Shown: positions 40,583 to 50,225, counted from the stretch's first letter. The stretch is 64,000 bases of DNA from Minisyncoccota bacterium (GCA_031413715.1 JANOFO010000007.1:26338-90337); one strand, 5' to 3'. The notes: generated by a model from the letters alone, not told the origin. Numbers and translations: made by a program.

Positions 40583-41072
40583 GTTTTTTTGATTTAATAT
40601 TATGATATCTTAGATACACTTTCTGGAAATAATTTGGGACATAAGGCAAATAACTTTTGTAGGTTTTTAGCGGTAGAAATTGTATGGATCTTATAATTTT
40701 ACGGCATTTTTTAGAGCCACATTTACATTTACTATTTAGCCTCCAAAATAAATCCTCTTCGGTTATTGAATAATCTATGGTAACTTCTTCTTCATTTTTA
40801 ATATTACGAATTGCCACTAAAGTTCTAGACCCTCTAATTCCAGAGCTAGGGTTACAAGAATGATTGAGTTTTTCAAAAGTATGATTGGGATTAATCCAAT
40901 GATTTTTCCTCAAGCCGATCCAATTAGGTCCGACAGCCGAGGTTGATTTGTTTATAACTATCCAATTTACAACTTTTCCTTTTATTATAGCAATAATTTC
41001 CCCTTTTTTAATATTTTGATTTGCAAAAAGGCCTTTTCCATGCAACTTACTTTTTCCAATATAGATTTTCAT
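40575..41072 (-). CDS. SET-domain protein (putative N-methyltransferase) with post-SET Cys motif
   Basis: SKLHGKGLFA, LNHSCNPS, EEVTIDYS, CKCGSKKC. Confidence 0.9.
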   Translation of the reverse strand: MKIYIGKSKLHGKGLFANQNIKKGEIIAIIKGKVVNWIVINKSTSAVGPNWIGLRKNHWINPNHTFEKLNHSCNPSSGIRGSRTLVAIRNIKNEEEVTIDYSITEEDLFWRLNSKCKCGSKKCRKIIRSIQFLPLKTYKSYLPYVPNYFQKVYLRYHNIKSKKHG

Positions 41073-41075
41073 AAT

Positions 41076-41678
41076 TTAATCATGTTTTGCAAAGAACGTT
41101 ATGTTTTTCTTTCTTATAAAAAGAATAACTATTACAATAAGGTCAGAAACGAGCATATATATAGGGTATAGAAGTATAGCGAAAGTAAACTTTTCAACTG
41201 CAAACATATTTAAAGTATCTGCTATGCCAGTACCAAACCAGGCAGAGAAATCTTCTCCTTCTGGTCTTAGATAAGATTTTTTAATCGTTGGTATTATGGC
41301 AAATGAGTCAATTGCCAAGTTGGTAACTAAAGCAATTACCGGATTATCAAATATTATCCAAAGAAAAATACTAATTATAGCTCCCAATAAACAAAACAAG
41401 TCAGTTCTACTCGTCAAACCTCCTTCTCCGTATTTGATGGACAAGATAGCGATAATAAATGGGCCTAAGAATTCAACAAATGGTACCCATATTGTATTTT
41501 CGGCTCCTGAGGCATAGTAACTAAGCCCCACAACTAATCCCATAAAAGCCCAAATCCACCACGTCGCCCTATTGGGTTTTGTTTTACCCCTAAGAATCGA
41601 AGCAACGTATATAACATAGGCGACAAAAGCGATAACCCCAGCGATAACCCCAAGTATTGCCTTCGTATCTAGTTCCAT
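41076..41678 (-). CDS. Uncharacterised polytopic membrane protein (internal repeat, PQ-loop-like by inspection)
   Basis: About 7 TM helices; repeated YVASILRGKTKPNRATW / PTIKKSYLRPEGEDFSAW pattern. Confidence 0.7.
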   Translation of the reverse strand: MELDTKAILGVIAGVIAFVAYVIYVASILRGKTKPNRATWWIWAFMGLVVGLSYYASGAENTIWVPFVEFLGPFIIAILSIKYGEGGLTSRTDLFCLLGAIISIFLWIIFDNPVIALVTNLAIDSFAIIPTIKKSYLRPEGEDFSAWFGTGIADTLNMFAVEKFTFAILLYPIYMLVSDLIVIVILFIRKKNITFFAKHD

Positions 41679-41725
41679 ATGTCCCGATATTATAACATAT
41701 TTAAGTTATAAATATTAGCGTAGAA

Positions 41726-42751
41726 TTAAAACTCCGGCTGTTGCTGTGTCATACAATGTATGGTTCCACCTCCATAAACTATATCACTACAATCAATACC
41801 TACCACTTTTCGATCTTTAAAAAAAGATTGTATTATATCCAGAGCTTTAGCATCGTTGGAGTCATTGAAAATTGGTACAAGTACTACACTATTACCAATA
41901 TAAAAATTTATATAGGATGCTGGGGCTTTCTCTCCAGTATTATATACGATATGTGGCATAGGAACTTTTACAAGATTGAAGGGTTTACCATCCTGATCTA
42001 CAGATTGCTCTAAAAGTTTAAAATTATTGTTTAGAATTTCAAAATTCGGGTCTGATATATCGCTTTCATATGCACAAAGAATAGTATTTTCATTCACAAA
42101 CTTCACAATGTCATCGACATGCCCATCAGTATGGTCATTGATGATCCCTTCTTTGAGCCAGATTATATTACTAACTCCAATATAATTCTTTAGATAGTTT
42201 TCTATTTCAACGCTATTCAGTTGTGGATTACGGTTGGGGTTTAGTAAACATTGCTCTGTAGTAACTAGAGTTCCCTTACCATTTATTTCAAGAGCGCCTC
42301 CTTCCATAACAATGCCAGGTTCAACCATAGGTTTACCTATTTTATTTTTCAAGGATTTGAAAACCTCATTATCTATAAGCAACTCTTCAAATTTATTGCC
42401 ATAAGCATTGTAGATCCACTTCGCCATCGTAGGCTCGCCTGTCGATACATTCTTTACAAACAATGGAGCATAATCACGAATCCAGACATCAGCATAATTG
42501 GCAATAAAGAACCTGATCTGCTTCATATCTATGTCTGATTTATTTAGAATAGATATCGCTAGATTTTTCATATCTTCATCTAAAACTATCAAGTTCACTG
42601 GTTCGTCTTTATGAACAGCTTTCACCATAGCGACAAACGAAGATATAACATTCTTAAAGTTAACTGGAAATGTAGTTTTGTCGTCATGAGGCCACGCGAG
42701 CCATAGACTCTCGTGCTTTTCCCATTCAGCTGGCATAACGAATTTATTCAT
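41726..42751 (-). CDS. aguA: Agmatine deiminase
   Basis: MPAEWEKH, DVWIRDYAP, MEGG, NPNRNP, DHTDGHVD, ASYINF, GGGTIHCMTQQQP. Confidence 0.93.
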   Translation of the reverse strand: MNKFVMPAEWEKHESLWLAWPHDDKTTFPVNFKNVISSFVAMVKAVHKDEPVNLIVLDEDMKNLAISILNKSDIDMKQIRFFIANYADVWIRDYAPLFVKNVSTGEPTMAKWIYNAYGNKFEELLIDNEVFKSLKNKIGKPMVEPGIVMEGGALEINGKGTLVTTEQCLLNPNRNPQLNSVEIENYLKNYIGVSNIIWLKEGIINDHTDGHVDDIVKFVNENTILCAYESDISDPNFEILNNNFKLLEQSVDQDGKPFNLVKVPMPHIVYNTGEKAPASYINFYIGNSVVLVPIFNDSNDAKALDIIQSFFKDRKVVGIDCSDIVYGGGTIHCMTQQQPEF

Positions 42752-42756
42752 GAAAA

Positions 42757-43683
42757 TTATTTGCCTAAAGCTTTCTTGGTATCTTTATAGTGTTCTACTT
42801 TTTGTAATTTTTTAGATTTCTTTATCATTTTATTTGATGTGAGCATGTTATATGTGTCGGGCCTGCGGTTGCGCATGAATCCCCAACCCTCTTCATTGAA
42901 TTTTATCTTACCTAGGTCAAGCTTTGCTATTATTACTTCCTCCTTAGTTCTACTCCCGCGCTTGATTACAGTACCAAACGGATCAGCGATAAAAGACTGC
43001 CCGTAGAACTGCATCTGACCTTCTGTTCCTACGCGGTTTACTGCCCCTACATATACACTGTTTGCTATAGAATGACTTCGTTGTATAGTCTCCCAAGCAT
43101 CGTGCCAGTCTCCTTCTTGGGCTTTGTAACCAAGTATATTACCAATAGCCGTAGGGTAGAAAATGATCTGAGCACCTGCAAGCTTGGCCATGCGTGCGGC
43201 TTCTGGAAACCATTGGTCATAGCATATTAGTACTGCAAATCTTACTCCATCAACTGTAAAAGTTTTATAACCCGAAGCTCCATGTTCAAAATATTCTTTC
43301 TCGTAGAATCCTGGATCATGTGGTATATGAATTTTATGATACTGGCCAAGTAATTTTCCTTTCTTATCTATAACACATGCAGTATTAAAATATTTACCAT
43401 TGTTCTTCTCATAGAATGGCACAACAATAGCAACACCAAATTTCTTTGCAGTTTCTTTCATTGTACTCATAGCAAAGCCACTTAAACTCTCAGCATATTC
43501 ATCCTTATTCTTGCCTTCGTATTGTGGAAAATACGGGGTTTGAAAAAGTTCTTGGAGTGTAACAATAGCAGCACCTTTTTTAGAAGCCTGCTCAATCATT
43601 TTTACAGTCTTTGCAACGTTCTTCTTTATATCACTTGATACTTTACTTTGTACAAGTCCAATAGTTATAAACTTTTTTTTCAT
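42757..43683 (-). CDS. aguB: N-carbamoylputrescine amidohydrolase (nitrilase family)
   Basis: LQELF, YHKIHIPHDPGFYEKEYF, ICYDQWFPEAAR, YPTAIG, RNRRPDTY. Confidence 0.9.
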   Translation of the reverse strand: MKKKFITIGLVQSKVSSDIKKNVAKTVKMIEQASKKGAAIVTLQELFQTPYFPQYEGKNKDEYAESLSGFAMSTMKETAKKFGVAIVVPFYEKNNGKYFNTACVIDKKGKLLGQYHKIHIPHDPGFYEKEYFEHGASGYKTFTVDGVRFAVLICYDQWFPEAARMAKLAGAQIIFYPTAIGNILGYKAQEGDWHDAWETIQRSHSIANSVYVGAVNRVGTEGQMQFYGQSFIADPFGTVIKRGSRTKEEVIIAKLDLGKIKFNEEGWGFMRNRRPDTYNMLTSNKMIKKSKKLQKVEHYKDTKKALGK

Positions 43684-43691
43684 ATATTTTA

Positions 43692-44711
43692 TTAAGCGCT
43701 ATATTTTGCGATTAATTCATTTGCTTCTTTTGGATTTGCTTTACATTCCAGAAGTGCAGTAAGCATAAGTGGAGCGACAATTGTAGCATCTGACTCGACG
43801 ACAAACATTGGAGTATCTTTGGTGAGTTTGTCCCAAGTAATCTTTTCATTTGGAGTAGCGCCAGAATACGAGCCGTAGGAAGTCGTAGAATCAGAAATCT
43901 GGCAAAAGTATGCCCATGGTTTTGCATCAGTCTCCATATCATATTTAAGGGATGGAACTACGCATATCGGGAAGTCGCCTGCGATACCTCCACCAATTTG
44001 AAAGAACCCGATTCCCTCTCCTTTAGAAAGTTCTTGGTACTGGTCGTAGAGAGCACCCATGTATTCAATTCCACTTTTAGCAATTGAAGCACTGGCGTCA
44101 CCCATCTTTACATGTGAAGCAAAAATGTTGCCAAAGGTAGAGTCTTCATACCCTGGTACAACTATTGGCAAGTTTTTCTCTGCTGCAGCAAGGAGCCAGC
44201 ATTCCTCGGCTTTGCCTTCGTGAGATTTTTTGTCGAGAGTTTGAATAAGGTCGTAGAAATATTCATGCCAGAATTTGCGAGTGCCATCCTTTGTAGCCTG
44301 CTCCCAAACTGGAACGATCAGACCCTCGACAGCACGGAATGCTTCATCTTCAGGGATACTGGTGTCTGTAACTCTACGCATACGATCCTCAAGAATCTTG
44401 GTATCATCTTCTTTAGTAAAGTAGCGATAGTCTGGGAAGTCGGTATAGCTATCGTGCGCTACAAGTCGGAACAATGACTCTTCGAGGTTGGCGCCTGTTA
44501 CAGACATACCATGGATGAGTCCATTGCGAATAGCAGGCGCAAGTGTAATGCCGAGCTGAGCCGAGGACATCGCTCCGGCTACTGCCCAAAACATTTTGCC
44601 TCCTTTCTCAATATGTCGCCAGTACGCAATTAGAGCATCTCGAGTCGCGCGCGAATTGAAATTCTTATAATTTTTTAAAACGAATTCTAATGTTGATAAA
44701 TTGGTGTTCAT
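43692..44711 (-). CDS. Deoxyhypusine-synthase-like protein (bacterial SpeY/homospermidine synthase type)
   Basis: GAMSSA, TGANLEE, GGGIAGDF, SDSTTSYGSYSGATPNEKITWDK (Lys at the EAxSWGK position), ESDATI. Confidence 0.88.
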   Translation of the reverse strand: MNTNLSTLEFVLKNYKNFNSRATRDALIAYWRHIEKGGKMFWAVAGAMSSAQLGITLAPAIRNGLIHGMSVTGANLEESLFRLVAHDSYTDFPDYRYFTKEDDTKILEDRMRRVTDTSIPEDEAFRAVEGLIVPVWEQATKDGTRKFWHEYFYDLIQTLDKKSHEGKAEECWLLAAAEKNLPIVVPGYEDSTFGNIFASHVKMGDASASIAKSGIEYMGALYDQYQELSKGEGIGFFQIGGGIAGDFPICVVPSLKYDMETDAKPWAYFCQISDSTTSYGSYSGATPNEKITWDKLTKDTPMFVVESDATIVAPLMLTALLECKANPKEANELIAKYSA

Positions 44712-44795
44712 AAAATTATTATATCACTTTTAATATAGCAAGTTTCATAAAAGAATTTATTTCACTTTTCTTACTACAACCTATAGACTGCTTTC

Positions 44796-46175
44796 CTACC
44801 AGCCAAACATCTTGCCGACCTCTTCCGGTGTCTCTCGTTTTCGAGCAACAACAACATGACCATTCTCAACGATGATCTTAAGCGGAGACGAAAGTAGACA
44901 GTGATGCATAACAAGAGCATCCTCGTATGCGCCTGTATCAAATACTACTATATACATTGGCTTGCCTTCATCCATTTCGTAATCAGGCAAAGTGATTGAG
45001 CCTTTTGTACCATTGTATACATCGTCTGAATCGCAAGTTGAACCTGCAAGCCATACTTCGTTTAGATGGTTATCTCCGCTTGAATTGACTGGCGCTATGG
45101 CCCAATTCTGCTTTATCGCCCACGTATCGCATAGATCATTCATGAAGCTTCCGTCTATTACATACCATTTATCTGCTTGAGCTTTCTTGCTACTTATTTT
45201 CTTAGTATCAATCACTTTATATATATTGATCTGTGCAGGAGCTGCAATATAGCGCCCCCACTCACAGATAATATTTGGATGAGGGACGCCATGCTTTTCA
45301 GATTCCTTTTTAACCACTTCGAATATTTTCTCGAGTAGTTTGTCTACAGGATAGCTTTTTGTTCTCTCATAAGGAATTGGCATGCCTCCGCCAATATCAA
45401 GAGTATCAAGAGATGGATTTTTTTCTTTCAATTTAAAATAAACGTCAAGCGCGTATTTAATCGGAACAATGACATCAGAAAGTTTCTCTATCTGCGAACC
45501 AATATGGTAGTGAAGTATCTTGAGATTCTTAAATTTACCCATTGCCAAAATTTCCTTTCCGGGAAATCCAAAGCGGTCAATCGGCTTGTTCCAAATAGAT
45601 TGCGCTTTGACTGGCATATCAATGCGAATGCCTACGTCATACTTTGAATGCTGAAGGAGTTTTAATTCATTTGGTCCTTCAATAATAGGAAATATTTTTG
45701 TGCCTTTATGCTGAAGCTCATCGATAAGGTTCATATATTTGTCAGTTTTTGGACCATTACATAGAATGCGAATATTTGGATTAAATGACTCCTGTTCAAG
45801 CATTTTCTTGATCAAATATAAATCATTGTATGAAGATGTCTCGAGATGCGCGCCTTCACCGACGATTGCCCCGATTGCTTCCTTGTTCTGGTTAACCTTC
45901 ATCGGGAAATGATACAGGAATTTGCCTTTATAGCCTGTTTTTTTTGAAAGAGCCTGCGCCGTATCAAGAAGATCCTCAAGACGCTCTTCAATTACAAAAG
46001 GCATGAGTATTTCAAGCGAGGTACCCATCTTGTCGGCCAAGTAGCGAACATTATAAATATTGTGACCCTCCTTAATGATAAGGTCGCCATCTTTATTAAA
46101 ATCAAAGTATTGAGTATTGAATTCTTTTGCACCTATTTTCCAGAGCTTCTTGGAAGCAACTGAGCGTTTAGTCAT
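44796..46175 (-). CDS. speA: Arginine decarboxylase (alanine-racemase fold, short form)
   Basis: FPMKVNQ (PLP Lys), CNGPK, HYHIGSQ, DIGGG, EWGR, TCDSD, GAYE; adjacent aguAB supports Arg as substrate. Confidence 0.85.
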   Translation of the reverse strand: MTKRSVASKKLWKIGAKEFNTQYFDFNKDGDLIIKEGHNIYNVRYLADKMGTSLEILMPFVIEERLEDLLDTAQALSKKTGYKGKFLYHFPMKVNQNKEAIGAIVGEGAHLETSSYNDLYLIKKMLEQESFNPNIRILCNGPKTDKYMNLIDELQHKGTKIFPIIEGPNELKLLQHSKYDVGIRIDMPVKAQSIWNKPIDRFGFPGKEILAMGKFKNLKILHYHIGSQIEKLSDVIVPIKYALDVYFKLKEKNPSLDTLDIGGGMPIPYERTKSYPVDKLLEKIFEVVKKESEKHGVPHPNIICEWGRYIAAPAQINIYKVIDTKKISSKKAQADKWYVIDGSFMNDLCDTWAIKQNWAIAPVNSSGDNHLNEVWLAGSTCDSDDVYNGTKGSITLPDYEMDEGKPMYIVVFDTGAYEDALVMHHCLLSSPLKIIVENGHVVVARKRETPEEVGKMFGW

Positions 46176-46315
46176 CTCTTTGTATCAGGCAGTCATTGCC
46201 CAGATAAATGTTAATAAGACAATAATAGCAAATTGAGCTAGGATGTAAATAGGCTTTTGGCTAAAAATCATACAGTAAATTCAAATCTATGTTATTCTTT
46301 AACTACTAACCTTTT

Positions 46316-47155
46316 ATGGAAAAAGACATAATCAACTATTACAATAAATCAAGGCGTGATTATTCATGGATTTGGAAACTGAATCGCTATCATGCTATTC
46401 ATTATGGTTTTTATGACACAAACCATAGAACTCACGGCCAGGCAGTTAATAACTTGAATGCCATCCTTGCAAAAATAGCGAATATTAAAAATACAGATGA
46501 CGTCTTAGATTCTGGCTGTGGTATTGGTGGAAGTTCAATATGGTTGGCAGAAAATATAGGATGCAAGGTTATTGGTATAAGCATTGTTCCAAAACAAATT
46601 GAAGAAGCCAATCTGCTAGCTGAAAAATATAAAGTAGTAGATAATGTAAACTTTTTTATCAGAGATTATACAAATACAGGACTTGCTGACCAATCTTTAG
46701 ATGTGGTATGGGCAATAGAAAGCGTCTGTTATTCAATAGATAAATCAAAATTTATTACTGAAGCTTCAAGGTTATTAAAGAGTGGAGGTAGAGTAATTAT
46801 CGCAGATGGTTTTTTGAAGCGTGAACCAATTTCAGCAAAAGAGAAAAAATATCTATTTAAATGGCTAGATGGATGGGCTGTATCGAACCTCGAACATATA
46901 GATAAGTTTAAAGCACACCTAGAGAACGCAAGATTTACTAATATTAAATATATTGATATAACAGAAAATGTCACTCCGTCATCAAAGCGAATGTATAGAG
47001 TCTCAATCATTACATACCCTTTTGCAAAAATAATGCAGTTCTTTGGGTTGAGGAGTAAAATTGAGATGAAAAATGCAGCTGCAGCTTATTATCAACGGCT
47101 AATTTTTAAATCAGGTTTGTGCTCGTATGGTATTTTTTATGCTGAGAAACTTTAA
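46316..47155 (+). CDS. Class I SAM-dependent methyltransferase (tocopherol/sterol/small-molecule N-methyltransferase-like)
   Basis: IHYGFYD, VLDSGCGIGGSS, DVVWAIES, LLKSGGRVIIAD. Confidence 0.85.
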   Translation: MEKDIINYYNKSRRDYSWIWKLNRYHAIHYGFYDTNHRTHGQAVNNLNAILAKIANIKNTDDVLDSGCGIGGSSIWLAENIGCKVIGISIVPKQIEEANLLAEKYKVVDNVNFFIRDYTNTGLADQSLDVVWAIESVCYSIDKSKFITEASRLLKSGGRVIIADGFLKREPISAKEKKYLFKWLDGWAVSNLEHIDKFKAHLENARFTNIKYIDITENVTPSSKRMYRVSIITYPFAKIMQFFGLRSKIEMKNAAAAYYQRLIFKSGLCSYGIFYAEKL

Positions 47156-48240
47156 ACTCCCTCTTTTTTGAGTTCTTCTATTAGCTCTTTTGATTTTTTT
47201 GATATCTTGGATGGCATTTTGATTTGGATGCGCAGGATTATGTCGCCACGGCCACGAGTCGAAGGAACACCTTTGCCTTTTACTCGAAGAAGCTCACCAT
47301 GATTTATACCTTCTGGGATTTTCACTTCTACTGTATTGCCTTCCAAAATTTTTAGATTGTAGTTCATACCAAGTAGTGCATCAGATAGCTTAATGGGCAA
47401 ATCAAGAGTCAGATTAAAACCATCTCGCCTAAATGTAGGGTGAGATTTCACGTTGATCTTGATATATAAGTCACCAGACTCTCCGCCAGACACTGCCTCG
47501 CCCATGCCCGTCATGCGTACCATCTCACCAGCATTTATGCCTGCTGGAATCTTGATCTCTATTTCTTCTTGTTTTTGCCTTACGCCTACACCATGACACT
47601 CTACACATTTCTCTTTCGAAGTTTTACCTTGTCCATGACATACGTCACAAGTCTTTGTAGTTTGGAATGTTCCCAAGATTGAGCGCTTCATCTCTCTGAT
47701 CTGTCCATTGCCGTTGCAAGTCTTGCAGGTGTCCATCTTGGTACCTGGCTTGCCACCTGTGCCTTTACAAATATCGCATTTGGATTGCTTGGTTAGTAAG
47801 ATTTTTCTTGTGACTCCGAAAACAGAATCTTCAAAAGATAAGTCAATCTCAGTAGAGATATCTCGGCCTCTCTTCGCCTGTCTGCCACGACCTCCACCAC
47901 CAAAGAAATCTCCAAAGATATCTCCTAGGTCTCCCATATCAAACTCTGCTCCACCATTCTGGAAACCGGAAAAATCAAACCCTCCAAATCCTTGCCCCGT
48001 CCCGCCGTAGCCTCCGGCGGAGTGGGATGGACCATCTGCACCAAAGCGATCATATTGAGCTCGCTTCTGGTCATCAGAAAGAGTCTGGTAAGCTTGATTC
48101 ACCTCCTTGAACTTTGAATCATCTCCCTTGTTCTTGTCAGGATGATATTTGTGCGCGAGTTTATGGTACGCCTTCTTTAGCTCCTCCTTCGAAGAATCTT
48201 TTGAGACACCGAGTATATTGTAATAGTCTTTATTAGCCAT
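47152..48240 (-). CDS. dnaJ: Chaperone DnaJ
   Basis: HPD motif, G/F region, four CxxCxGxG repeats. Confidence 0.98.
   Translation of the reverse strand: MANKDYYNILGVSKDSSKEELKKAYHKLAHKYHPDKNKGDDSKFKEVNQAYQTLSDDQKRAQYDRFGADGPSHSAGGYGGTGQGFGGFDFSGFQNGGAEFDMGDLGDIFGDFFGGGGRGRQAKRGRDISTEIDLSFEDSVFGVTRKILLTKQSKCDICKGTGGKPGTKMDTCKTCNGNGQIREMKRSILGTFQTTKTCDVCHGQGKTSKEKCVECHGVGVRQKQEEIEIKIPAGINAGEMVRMTGMGEAVSGGESGDLYIKINVKSHPTFRRDGFNLTLDLPIKLSDALLGMNYNLKILEGNTVEVKIPEGINHGELLRVKGKGVPSTRGRGDIILRIQIKMPSKISKKSKELIEELKKEGV
47997..48030. repeat. GC-rich palindrome inside the dnaJ G/F linker
   Basis: ccgtcccgccgtagcctccggcggagtgggatgg (pairs ccgccg/cggcgg and ccgtccc/gggatgg). Confidence 0.5.
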
Positions 48241-48263
48241 GTTATTTATTTCGTAGTAACCTG

Positions 48264-48315
48264 TCCCGTAGTGAGTCCTGTCGGAAGACAGGTGTATTTA
48301 ACTCTACTACTGGGA
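48264..48315. repeat. Nested hairpin element between dnaK and dnaJ
   Basis: tccc-gtagt-gagt-[cctgtc-ggaa-gacagg]-tgtattta-actc-t-actac-t-ggga. Confidence 0.6.
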
Positions 48316-48329
48316 TCTTTCGCCATAGT

Positions 48330-50225
48330 TTATTTCTGCTCCGGATTCTCATTAACCTCGGCATCTTTGACTTCTTGAGCTTGTTCTTCCGGAGTTTTAG
48401 TTTCAGTTCCAGGGGCAGGTTCTACCTTGCTCATCGCTTCGCCGATTTTCGAGAGTTCAGTTGTAAGCGCTTCGAGTGAAGCTTTGATAGCTGCGACATC
48501 AGTACCCTCCTTTGCAGTTTTTACTGCAGTAAGCTTTTCTTCTACACTTGCTTTTAATTCTGGGGTAACTTTATCTCCGTATTCTTTTAAAGATTTCTCT
48601 GCGGAGAAGATCATCATTTCTGCTGTATTTTTTTCATCTACAAGTGCTTTCTTTTTTTCATCTTCATCTTTATGTGTTTCTGCCTCATCTTGCATACGCT
48701 TGATATCTGCATCTGTGAGGCCTGAAGAGGCTTCAATACGGATAGATGATTCTTTCCCGGATGCCTTGTCTTTTGCTTTCACATTGAGTATGCCGTTAGC
48801 GTCAACGTCAAACGTGACTTCAACCTGGGGCATTCCGCGAGGTGCAGGTGGTATATCACCCAAGATAAATCGCCCTAAAGATTTGTTGTCCGATGCCATA
48901 GGACGCTCGCCTTGAGTAATATGAATTTCCACGCTTGTCTGGTTGTCGGCAGCAGTCGAGAAGACTTGGCTCTTTGAGCTAGGGATTGTAGTATTACGCT
49001 CTACGAGCTTCGTAGCGACTCCTCCAAGAGTCTCTATGCCGAGTGATAGCGGTATAACGTCTAGAAGAAGAACGTCCTTCACATCGCCCTGTAGGACTCC
49101 TGCTTGGACTGCTGCACCAAGGGCTACAACTTCATCTGGGTTAATAGTTCTATTTGGTTCTTTGCCATTAAAGAATTTCTTTACGGCTTCAACAATCGCT
49201 GGCATCCGAGTCTGTCCACCAACCATTATGATTTCATTGATCTCACTCATCTTGAAAGGACTTGCTTCCATCGCGCGCTTGGTGATCTCTATAGAGCGAT
49301 CAATGTATTCTTGAGAAAGATCCAGAAGCTTTGCTTGGTTCATCTTGAGAAGTAAATGCTGAGGACCGGCATCTGTGGATGTTATGAACGGGATGTTTAT
49401 CTCTGTCTCCGGAGTAGTCGAGAGTTCGATCTTGGCCTTTTCTGCCGCTTCATCAAGACGCTGGAGCGCAAGCGGATCGCGGGTTACATCTACACCTGAT
49501 TGCTTTTTGAACTCATCAGCAATCCAAGCGATGATTTTCTGGTCGATATCACGGCCTCCCATATGTGAATCACCATCGGTAGACTTAACTTCAATTACAT
49601 CGTTTGAGACTTCAAGAACTGACACATCGAAAGTACCACCTCCGAAGTCATAGACGACAATTTTTTCATCTTTCTTTGTATTGAATCCATAAGCAAGTGC
49701 TGCGGCTGTCGGTTCATTGATAATTCTTTTCACATCAAGACCTGCAATCTGGCCTGCATCCTTTGTGGCTTTTCTTTGTGCATCGTTGAAATATGCAGGT
49801 ACGGTAATAATAGCCTCTGTGATTTTCTCACCAAGCTTTGCTTCAACATCTGCTTTTATTTTAGCAAGTATCATCGCAGAAATTTCTTCTGGACGATTCC
49901 ATTTATCGCCGATATTTACTTCAACTCCACCATCTTTTCCTTTTTGAATCTTGAATGGCGCAGTTTTCTGTGTCTTTTGTATTTCAGGATCTTCAAACAT
50001 GTGACCCATGAAGCGCTTGATTCCATAGATTGTATTCTGCGGATTTGTAACTGCCTGACGCTTCGCAAGAAGGCCGACAAGCCGATCGCCATTTTTACCT
50101 ATCGCAACGATTGATGGCGTAGTTCTTGCTCCCTCTACATTCTCAATTATCTTCGGCTGTCCACCTTCGATAATCGCTACTGCACTATTTGTTGTACCCA
50201 AATCTATTCCTATTATTTTTGACAT
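48330..50225 (-). CDS. dnaK: Chaperone DnaK (Hsp70)
   Basis: [39 protein letters not shown]. Confidence 0.99.
   Translation of the reverse strand: MSKIIGIDLGTTNSAVAIIEGGQPKIIENVEGARTTPSIVAIGKNGDRLVGLLAKRQAVTNPQNTIYGIKRFMGHMFEDPEIQKTQKTAPFKIQKGKDGGVEVNIGDKWNRPEEISAMILAKIKADVEAKLGEKITEAIITVPAYFNDAQRKATKDAGQIAGLDVKRIINEPTAAALAYGFNTKKDEKIVVYDFGGGTFDVSVLEVSNDVIEVKSTDGDSHMGGRDIDQKIIAWIADEFKKQSGVDVTRDPLALQRLDEAAEKAKIELSTTPETEINIPFITSTDAGPQHLLLKMNQAKLLDLSQEYIDRSIEITKRAMEASPFKMSEINEIIMVGGQTRMPAIVEAVKKFFNGKEPNRTINPDEVVALGAAVQAGVLQGDVKDVLLLDVIPLSLGIETLGGVATKLVERNTTIPSSKSQVFSTAADNQTSVEIHITQGERPMASDNKSLGRFILGDIPPAPRGMPQVEVTFDVDANGILNVKAKDKASGKESSIRIEASSGLTDADIKRMQDEAETHKDEDEKKKALVDEKNTAEMMIFSAEKSLKEYGDKVTPELKASVEEKLTAVKTAKEGTDVAAIKASLEALTTELSKIGEAMSKVEPAPGTETKTPEEQAQEVKDAEVNENPEQK

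Noticed and set aside
43692-44711. True deoxyhypusine synthase modifying EF-P/eIF5A
   Set aside because: No efp is adjacent; the speA-aguAB context favours polyamine synthesis. Not formally excluded.
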